A DNA stretch of 64,000 bases from Octopus sinensis (Eukaryota). The notes beneath the pieces are model-generated. The model saw only the letters and a list, made by a program, of their open reading frames with translations. It searched no databases and was not told the origin of the DNA. A program made the translations under genes and the position numbers. Within the stretch, counting starts at the first letter, position 1; each line of letters opens with the position of its first letter. Shown here piece after piece: positions 54,758 to 64,000 of the stretch. The stretch covers positions 56,060,464 through 56,124,463 of the forward strand of contig NC_043011.1 of NCBI RefSeq assembly GCF_006345805.1, read 5' to 3'.

Positions 54758-54901
54758 ACCTACCCATTCTTGTTTCTTTCTCGCTTATAATCACCCCACA
54801 TTACTGTATTGTTAAAACAGTATAGTTTTTTTTGGTGCATCTAAGTTAGGTACCATATTCAAGTAAATTCATTTAAATTAACTTGAATCTTTATTGCTTT
54901 T

Positions 54902-55000
<99 letters not shown>

Positions 55001-55842
55001 TGTGTGTGTGTGTATGTAATTATGTATGTATGTATGTATGTATGTATGTATACTTGCCTACAAACATTTCGAAGTGCGGGTATCAATGTACATTTAGATG
55101 TATATGTCTTATGACGTGGGTGTAAAAGTGCATGTGAGTAAATGTGAAAATATGAGTGTGCCTGTGTGTACTATAGGGATACGCTAGAATGTATCCCTTT
55201 TTGTCATTTTTTTGCTTTTTTATAATTGCTGAGACGCACGAGGAAGGACTGAGACCCGAATCCTTTTCAAGGTCTCGGTGACTAATTGAAAGGGAGTGGG
55301 GAGGGGAAAATTTATTCTCAGATCGAAACCTGACCAGAATGCTTGGAGCCGAGTAGGCTACGCTGTGGGAACCCAAGAGCCAAGTGGGTGACAGATCAAG
55401 CCTGTCATACATATCCTGCCCCCCACCAGAAATAAATAAAAGTAAAAAGGGCCCCTCTGACTAGTGGATCGACCGCAAAACTTTGTAGTCGTGAAGCGAG
55501 TGCCTTAATCACACAGCCATTTCGCCAAACATGCTGACATCCTCATATTGAACAACAATATACCTTACATCCCGATTATAATGCGATTCATGTACACATC
55601 CCCCTCCACCTTCCAAGAATCTTATTTTTATATAGAAATTCTAGTATCAGGGACACTCTAGAGATTTTCAATGAGAAATATCAATAAAATTATAGATAGA
55701 TAGATAGACAGATAGATAGATAGATAGATAGATAATATACATATATATAACTGTATGCATATATAAATCTCTTTCTCTCTCTCACCTCTCTCTCTCTCAC
55801 CTCTCTCTCTCTCACCTCTCTCTCTCTCTCCTCTCTCTCTCT

Positions 55843-55896
<54 letters not shown>

Positions 55897-57307
55897 GTGT
55901 TCGCAATATATTGACTCCAAATATGGAATAAAGGGCGCAACACTCGAACGGATATCCTTTTGCCAGTTTATCCCGTTTAAAATTGACAACTCTAATCTAA
56001 TTAATCAGCAGCAACAATGATTTTCTTTTTGAATCTATGAAATAATAAATTTATATCAGCTGCTACGTATTCTATATGCTACACACTCGCTATATTGGCT
56101 GTGGATTGTAGTGCAGAAGAATTCCATGATAATTCCAAACTGGCGAAAACATTTGGGGTTTTTTTGCTTTTTTTATCAGTATTTTCTGCGCTGTCGTGTT
56201 TTTACGTTGATGAAATTAGAAAAAATGGTTGGTACCTGCAAAAAAAAAGAGAGAAAAGAATAATGGTATTACCAATAATCAAATAAATTCCGATTTAGTT
56301 GATAAAATGAAGACGAATTCAAGTGCAACTGATGTTGTTGAGATATATGCAGCAGATGAGGAAAAAGAAAGAAATAGAAAGCAATGGCCGTCGTCGTCAG
56401 CGTAGAGAGACTTGGGTTGCAACAGCCGAAAGAAAACGCTCTCGTTTAAATAAGTTAAAATCGAGAATACAAGGAACGCTTTGTGGGCGTCTGCGTTAGC
56501 AACAAGCAACCCAAAGGAAATATAAATATAAATAGATGTAAAATAAATTATTTGCTGTGTGGCAAAGGAAAATTATCAACATTTCTGGTGAGGCAGTGAC
56601 ATCATCAAATTTTACTGTTATAAATTTGCTTGAAATATTTGATGATGGAGGAGTGTTAGCTGTTGAATGTAAATCAGCAAAGTCTTTTTGTTTGCGGAGG
56701 AAAATACAACAGAATGAACTTACTGAATATTTGGACTAACCGATACAATTCTAAAGAATTCCGTTTAAACATAACGATTAAGTTTTCAGTTTTATCCAAA
56801 AAATATTTTGTATTTTGCACCAGCTTCGACACAGTTTCTCTGTTACAATTTAATGCAAATTATTTAAAGAATATCATCAAGTTTCTAAACTTAAAAATAG
56901 AATTGCCCACCGCATATTTCTGGTAATTTATTCTATAGGACAAAACAAAATGGAAGGCAAAGTCTTCTCTTAAGATAGTTAAGACTTTAGAAGGAAAAGG
57001 GACAAAATCAAATATAGCGATGCATTTTCTTTGATGCTCTATCATTATATGTCTGTTAAAAGATATGGTTTGAGATTAACACACCGGTATTTCATATTGG
57101 AATTAAACCATACATTTCCAGCAGATGGAAAAAAATGCAGCCGACTGAATTTACATCACAAAATGACCGATAGAGATTTTATTGGTTTTCTCTTCATATT
57201 TCTCCCGTACGATTGAACGAATGACTCATTTGTGAACCATAAAGAGCTAGCAGAGACGAAGCTAGCTGAGATGGAAATAAACCACTCATAATATATGTAA
57301 CGCTGAA

Positions 57308-57680
57308 GGCGATGAGCTGGCAGAAACGTTAGCACGCCGGGCGAAATGCGTAGCCGCATTTCGTCTGCCGTTACGTTCTGAGTTCAAATTCCACCGAGGT
57401 CGACTTTACCTTTCATCCTTTCTGGGGGTCGATAAATTAAGTACCAGTTACGCACTGGGGTCGATGTAATCAACTTCCTCCGTTTGTCTGTCCTTGTTTG
57501 TTCCCTCTGTGTTTAGCCCCTTGTGGGTAGTAAAGAAATAGGTACTTCGTCTGTCTACACGTTCTGAGTTCAAATTCCGCCGAGGTCGACTTTGTCTTTC
57601 ATCCTTTTGGGGTTGCGTACTGTGGTCGATCTAATCGACTGGCCTCTTCCCCCAAACTTCGGGCCTTGTGCCTAAAGTCG
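57308..57680 (+). mobile_element. SINE family 2 with partial second unit
   Basis: same consensus as 38614-39000. Confidence 0.88.
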
Positions 57681-57949
57681 AACAGGATATATGTAGAGTC
57701 GTGTAGATAAAGACTAAGTGAAAAGATGCTTGCAAGGTGAAGTTGACAAAAACGTTGTAACGAACTTAGTGTGATGTGAATATCTAGTCTTGTACTTTCG
57801 GGGTACAAGAAAGCAATCACTCACTAGCCGTTGCTTTAATAATCCAGAATTCTACCAGTCAGAAACAACAAGACGCAGACGTAAAATATATATAACTACT
57901 TTATTCTCTTTCTTGGTAACAATAACAATAAGTGTGTTATCTGATGTCC

Positions 57950-58350
57950 TTGGTTCTGGGCGCGCAAGGCTGAAAGTTAATTGATTGTAATATTTACAAT
58001 ATTCAGCCGCAAAAACAGAACGGGTTCAAGATGGCGTCGAACAATGGAGACGATGTTGGTCTGCAACAATTTGGTTAAAGGCCTTTTGGTAAGGACTGCT
58101 AGAATCAGTTCGAACGGAGAGAAAATATTAACGTCCTGCTCCTTAGGTCGCTGCTGTCCCAAGTCGCCGCTGCTGCTGCTAGCGGTCAAACGTTCTACGA
58201 TCCCCCTGCCTTGGCCAGGGTCGTGCTTCCGGTGGTTCGCGCATGCGCGAGAGGGCCCTTCCTTTCTCTGCCTTGGTAAAGGCACCAACACGCGCGAAAT
58301 ACAAAATGGACTGTGCGCGAGCGCGCACCGTTGTAGGATCACTACAACGT
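57950..58350. promoter_or_regulatory. CpG-rich promoter-like island
   Basis: local GC/CpG rise; YY1-like CAAGATGGCG 58027-58036, ETS-like CTTCCGG ~58226, NRF1-like GCGCATGCGC ~58239, TTG|GTAAGG donor at 58089. Confidence 0.55.
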
Positions 58351-58693
58351 AATACAATGTCCATGATGTGGTCAGCGTTGAGAGCTTAGTTTGCGGTACT
58401 AATTTGGTGAGAAAACCTGGAGCTGTTCCATGATGAAGAAGCGTAACGTCTTCTTCTGCTGACTGTCGACAAAAGCACGCTTACCTCTAGGACGGATAAC
58501 TGCCTTTGGTATTAATACGCGCCCAGCTCTGATTAGTTGAAGTTGCCATGGCATGATCGAGCTATTCTGCAACACACCAAAGGCTTTCCTGACTCCTACA
58601 GCTTCATCAAATGCAGGTCCCTGCATGAAGCTTGACATAACTTTGAAAACATTTCTTCAGTATCGCTTGCAGTAAATTTAAATACAATGGCTG

Positions 58694-59794
58694 TTGCAGG
58701 ACGAGCAGTTTTTTAAGACCATTTCTGGCGTTGAAAAAGAAACCTTAAATTATTTTGTTGCAGTTCTGTCTGATTTCCTGGGAAACAGGAAGTCATCAAA
58801 TTATGTAGAACTTGTGCAGACCTTGTTAACCAGTGTTCGAACACTGAGCTGGAAAATGAATGCAAAAGTGCAACTCCTGCACAGTCATCTGAACTACCTC
58901 ACTGAAAATCATAATGCAACAAGTATTGAGCAAGGAGAGAGATTCCACCAAGACATCGAGACCCTGGAGACTAGGTATCAAGGTAGATGGAATACAAACA
59001 TGATGGCTGACTACTGTTGGTCTCTGCAAAGGGACAGTCAAGATGTAAGTTATTCACGTAAAGCAGCGAAGAGAACGTTCACTCCAAGAAGTCAAGATGC
59101 AAGTTATTCACGCAAACCAGCGAAGAGTGCATTCACTCCAAGAAGTCAAGATGCAAGTTATTCACGCAAACCAGCGAAGAATGCATTCACTCCAAGAAGT
59201 CAAGATGCAAGTTATTCACGCAAAACAGCGAAGAATGCATTCACTCCAAGAAGTCAAGATGCAAGTTATTCACGCAAACCAGCGAAGAGTGCATTCACTC
59301 CAAGAAGTCAAGATGCAAGTTATTCACGCAAACCAGCGAAGAATGCATTCACTCCAAGAAGTCAAGATGCAAGTTATTCACGCAAAACAGCGAAGAATGC
59401 ATTCACTCCAAGAAGTCAAGATGCAAGTTATTCACGCAAACCAGCGAAGAATGCATTCACTCCAAGAAGTCAAGATGCAAGTTATTCACGCAAACCAGCG
59501 AAGAGAACGTTTACTCCAAGATTGAAAGAAATATCTCTTCAAAGATGAGTGATTAAACATTTTGTGTAATATATTTGTTACACAATAAAAAGTATTATTT
59601 GGTTTCTTATTTCAGTATTGCGTTTCAGGACAAAATTTATATTTTTTGGTAAAAAAATTAATTCCTGTTTAATACAAGTCTTGACGTAATGGAAAATTTC
59701 CGAGAGTGTTTCTGAACCCAGCACCATCAAATTAGGTAGGACTAATTGCTCAAAACAAGACAACTAAAAGTTTTTTCGAAAATGTTTCCCAGTG
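58694..59794 (+). mobile_element. 5'-truncated Chapaev3-like (CMC/Transib-related) DNA transposon
   Basis: FLGN..NY.ELV..LL....MNAKVQLLHSHLNY..EN....S.EQGERFHQDI...E.RYQGRWNTNMMADYCWSL; terminus ..CCCAGTG|TTA; superfamily assigned from recall. Confidence 0.7.
59036..59521 (+). repeat. 54-bp minisatellite x9, in frame (SQDASYSRKPAKNAFTPR)
   Basis: direct reading; 9 x 54 = 486 bp. Confidence 0.95.
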
Positions 59795-62494
59795 TTATCA
59801 ATAAAATAATAAAAGCAGCCGACCAGTCTTTCGGACAAAGAATACAAATTGTGTTTATTCAGAGCTTAAGAAAGAAAAAAGCACTCGACGTGACAGAAGA
59901 AATTGGTTGTTTTGAAATCAACATGCCAATTTTAGTCTAAATCAAGGGAAAAAGCAAACCCAACAGAAATTATGTTCAAAATTGTTCCTCTGTATAATTT
60001 CTCGTAAATATAGTTGTTTGGAAACAATTCCATTCAAATTATGTTAGAGAACTGTTTTCTCTAACATATGAATTCTCTAACAAATGAATTCTTTAAAACT
60101 GAATCGGTTAATCTTAGCCAGTAGTCCATTATGTGATGTTTGACGTCACAAAGATACTCGGTTGATTTATGAACGCCAAACAGCGAACGCTCTTTCCCCA
60201 TAAAATGTATTTCATTAAAATTTACAGCAGCAAAATTTTATGACGTAACTGCGTTCATTTGCTGGCAACCTATTTTAACAAACTTTTTTCATGCAATCGC
60301 TTGTTGAAATCTCTGACTTTAGATCGGCTTAACAGATCATCAGATCTTGATATATTCTTTAGCGTTAGAGATATTGTTCTTGTTTTCCAACTTTAACTCG
60401 TATGATGGTATCTTTGTCGTGATTACCTATTACATTGTATCAACAAGGGGAAGAAACGTGTTGGGTATGTTGGCTTTGGAAATTTTGATATTTTCTCTTT
60501 GGATATCATATTACTTGTCTTTTCTGGCTTAATTTGATATTGTGGGACATCAAGTCATTCACGATTGTCCACAAATTCCAGGATCCGTTGTTTCCCAATA
60601 TCCACTGGACATCCCTCTTTTTACTTGTTATGTACGCTTTCAAAAATTTGATCAAAATGAGATGTGTGTTAGCGTTTCACTGGTTTGACACCGACGGACG
60701 GTCTAACTGTTAAAACTATTTCTTTTAAGTTTTGAAATCTCTGTAATAAGCTGAGATTCTGTAGACAAAGTCTGCTGATGTTATAATGCATCTATGGGTA
60801 AGTTTTAATTCTATTCCTTAGTGATTTTAAGCAAATATATTGCGTTTCACAACAGATGGTCGGAGACGATCTCTGAATCATACGATCGAAAATTCAGCCG
60901 AGTATTCACGTGTTACTGCCTAAACATTTTTTTTTTGCTAAGATAAAGAACGTCCAAACATAGTTTTCAGTTTCTACGAAAGATTTGCGTAATAGTTTTT
61001 TTCGTAGAAACAGAAGAGTTCCGGCAACAAATTGTAAATAAAGACTCGATAATTTCGTCCCATGTTCACGCAACACCCAAGATATATATTTCAATGCTGC
61101 TGCCGTGTAGAAGAGAAATGTCTATAAAGAAATCTTGTATTTTTATGCATTGGTTGTTTGCCATATTACGTTTATTCTTTGTTAGCTTTTATACGTAGCG
61201 TTGTTGACCTTTTGACGTTCGTTGTGAATAAGCCGAGCAAATTAAGCTCGTATTATCACCACAAATCTACCTGGTATTCAATAATGGCACAGCATTTAGT
61301 TCAAAGGTGACAGCGTAAAGAACACGACACTAGAAGTAATTCTATTTAGTTGCAAACTTAGAAATCATGTCACACGTTTATAATTTAATAAGAAAGCAGG
61401 AAAATGGTTGGATTCTTTGGAATTACTTCAACAATATGTTAAATAGATAATGGATAATTTGGTTTTATTTTGTATATTGTTACTGACACGTGATCGTCTG
61501 TCAGACATTTACTGACGATAACCAGACAATCCTTATGCATATGTATCAACTATAATGACAGCTTGTAAATGAAATCTGCAATTACGCTGTCCGTAGATGC
61601 TTATTAGTGATACAGTCCGTAAATATAATGTAAAGTAATAGTTTGTAGATATTGATTGGATATATACAGCTTGTAGGCGAATGTAGTTTGAGTACTGTAA
61701 TCTTCAAGGACATAGGGACGTACAGAACCTAACAATCCATACTTACAAATGAGTAAAATGGCTGCTAGCAGATTTCATGGAGAAAGGCCGTGAATTGAAT
61801 TAAAATGATAACCCTTAGTACTGAAAATAATCATTCCCTAAATTATCAACTCCGTTAAAGAAAGGCAAGAGAGACGACTCTGAAATTTTAGAATAATTAA
61901 AATTAATTAAATGCCGTGGTGGGGAGTTAGTGAAACGCTTAAATTCGCGAGGACAACTCTGTATATGTTTTGTTCTTATTAGATCTTTTCAGCGAAACAT
62001 AGTCTAAGAGTAACTTGTGGACATTAGTCCTTACATACGGTGTAGTATCACATTGAAGGTGTAGGAGGGGAAGAGGAAGAATGAAAAGATAAAGAAAAAA
62101 AAAGAATTTCCATATTCTTCGAAAATGTCTGATGCCACGATGACGTGATTTAAAAAGAAAAGACAAGAGCCTTGTCTATGAAATAGTGCATCATAAAAGC
62201 TATCTCAGTGCACTGCAGAGTTTTAGAAATACAATTTAAGGTTTTAGGAAATTCATTCTCAATAAAAATCGCCTTGACAAGCACTTCTTACATAATATTG
62301 CTATGCAAAAGTAGAATTAATGACAGAAGATAAATAATAATTTTCTGTAAGAATTTCTTTCTGTTTTTTTTTTTTAAATTAACATTTAAAAAAAAAAAGC
62401 TTTTAATGTGAAGTAATATCAGTATTTTTTTATTCGATCTTCGGTTCACCCCAGAAGTCAAATATTTCGAAAACCATTGAACTTAAACAAGCAT

Positions 62495-62630
62495 AGCCCG
62501 CATGGTTTCTGGGCTCACTTCCACTGCGTGGCACCTTAGGCAAGTCTCTTCTTCTACCATAGCCTAGCGCCCACCAAAACCTTGTGAGTGGATTTGGTAG
62601 ACGAAAATTGAAGGAAGCCCGTCGTATATG
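62495..62630 (+). mobile_element. SINE family 3, 5' fragment
   Basis: matches reverse complement of 40165-40300. Confidence 0.7.
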
Positions 62631-62955
62631 AAAATATATTTATATTTGTGTTCTATACATTGCATGCTGGAGCGGATTACTGCTATCTCTAGAGGCCACT
62701 AACGACGGGCAAAAAGAGCCCGAAACCGTTCGGTCTCGTGATCCCGTCCTCCGCGAGAAAATGCATGGAGTTCGCTCCCCTGTTTGCAATATATGGTGGG
62801 TGCAGATTGCATCGATAACCAGCTGGCGGAAGGTCTGTCTGGGGTTAAATGGTAGTACAACAAACAGCCATATTGATGTGTCGATAAACATTACTTCTCA
62901 GTACAGGTACTACTTTCATCTCGTATAGAGATTTTCTAACTAGCTACTTTGCTTG

Positions 62956-63049
<94 letters not shown>

Positions 63050-63054
63050 ATATA

Positions 63055-63408
63055 TACATAAAGTTTATGACAGCCCATGCCTTTCTTTTGTTGGGCTCAA
63101 ATCTCATTTGCGAACCCATGGAAAAAGAACATCTACCAACTATTCTGCCTATGTGTCTGTGCACATTTTTCAATGCAATGTATGCCAGAAGGTCTGCAGA
63201 TCTAACGGAAGCCTCAAAAAACATTTTAAGATCCACAAAGATCAGAACTTAACTGCAGCTCTTGGTGGTCCAAATCGGATACGTAATCTATTGTGGGTGT
63301 CTTTTCAAAACATTGTCTGGTTTAAAAAGCCACATCAGATGCCATGATGGTTCTAAGGTGTAGGTACAGGAGGTGGTCAAACTCTGCATCAGGAGCAGAC
63401 AACCAACA
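63055..63408 (+). mobile_element. RTE-type LINE 3' end encoding three decayed C2H2 zinc fingers
   Basis: CLSFVGLKSHLRTH, FQCNVCQKVCRSNGSLKKHFKIH, (shifted) CGCLFKTLSGLKSHIRCH, then RTE-like tail ggtggtcaaactc..gacaacc; abuts (TA)n. Confidence 0.6.
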
Positions 63409-63415
63409 TAATATA

Positions 63416-64000
63416 CAGAGTGCGTAAGGTATTTGTGGACATAACTTTTTGGGGTCATTGCTGCATTTTTTGCTAACTCTGTATAATCTTTGTTTCAGAA
63501 AATAATAATGGCAGACCCTCAGCTTACTCAGGAAATGAGAAAGTATGCTGTCATTGTGGTTATAAAGGCTGAGCATAGCGATTTAGAAATATCTCGACTT
63601 TTAAAAGTTGCCTGGTCTTTCGTCTTCAAAGTTTGTAAGGCGCAAGAGACCGAAGGTGGAAACGTATCACCAGTATCAATGCATAAAATGCATTCTAAAT
63701 GTTCTGAAATCATCAGAACATCTGAATTTATCCAGCAAGTTCAACAGACCATTGATTACAATCTCAGAAAGTCCATGAGGTTAATTGCAAAAGATCTCCA
63801 TGTGTTAGAAGGAACAGTCAAAACTGTTGTCCACGAAGGCAAAAGAAAATCACTGCATCGGATCTAAAAAGGCCCTTAAACAAACTGGAAAACCCAGGAG
63901 AAGAAGATTTGATTTGGTTTTTCTCAAACGAGAAAAACTTCGACCAAGATCAAAAAGTTAACAGAAGAGATGACAAATGGTTATGTGCAGACCCTTCTGA
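63416..64000 (+). mobile_element. Decayed Tc1/mariner (maT/DD37D-like) transposon running off window
   Basis: TA|CAGAGTG start; HTH region ..RKSMRLIAKDLHV..TVKTVVHE; WFFSNEKNFDQDQKVNRRDDKWL. Confidence 0.75.

Larger units (their letters stand above)
53521..54789. mobile_element. Inverted-repeat element (arms 53521-53719 / 54594-54789), each arm with a hammerhead ribozyme motif
   Basis: arms near-identical reverse complements; TATA at both ends; no ORF recognised inside. Confidence 0.85.

Noticed and set aside
56175-56235. Minus-strand VPTIF after a strong acceptor, reminiscent of a THAP domain end
   Set aside because: No upstream exon with the THAP C2CH/W/F motifs was found
58031-58078. MASNNGDDVGLQQF as a possible ATG7-like N-terminus
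   Set aside because: Similarity too short, the frame stops, and no matching next exon in the window
59036-59521. 54-bp repeat as CRISPR or host low-complexity protein
   Set aside because: No spacers; unit derives from the transposase C-terminus

Overview
AT-rich, microsatellite- and SINE-dense animal genomic DNA, most consistent with an octopus (cephalopod); the species is inferred from the repeat landscape, not proven. Bases ~2.4-31.2 kb carry the last nine coding exons (~512 aa, + strand) of CFAP58/CCDC147, a coiled-coil cilia/flagella protein, including a probable GC-AG intron. The introns and the downstream 33 kb are packed with mobile DNA: at least four SINE-like families, CR1 and RTE-type LINE fragments (one young RTE-type copy with a twin-priming-style 5' inversion splitting a SINE), two Tc1/mariner remnants, two non-autonomous Helitrons, a TA-flanked MITE and a Chapaev3-like transposase remnant whose C-terminal 54 bp is amplified nine times in frame. 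The most unusual signal is a set of hammerhead-ribozyme motifs of the Penelope-like minimal type-I kind. The best is a structurally complete pair in the ~197-bp inverted arms of a 1.27-kb element at 53.5-54.8 kb. A CpG-rich promoter-like island lies at ~58.0-58.35 kb, but its gene could not be identified. Most ORFs in the supplied track are microsatellite artefacts.
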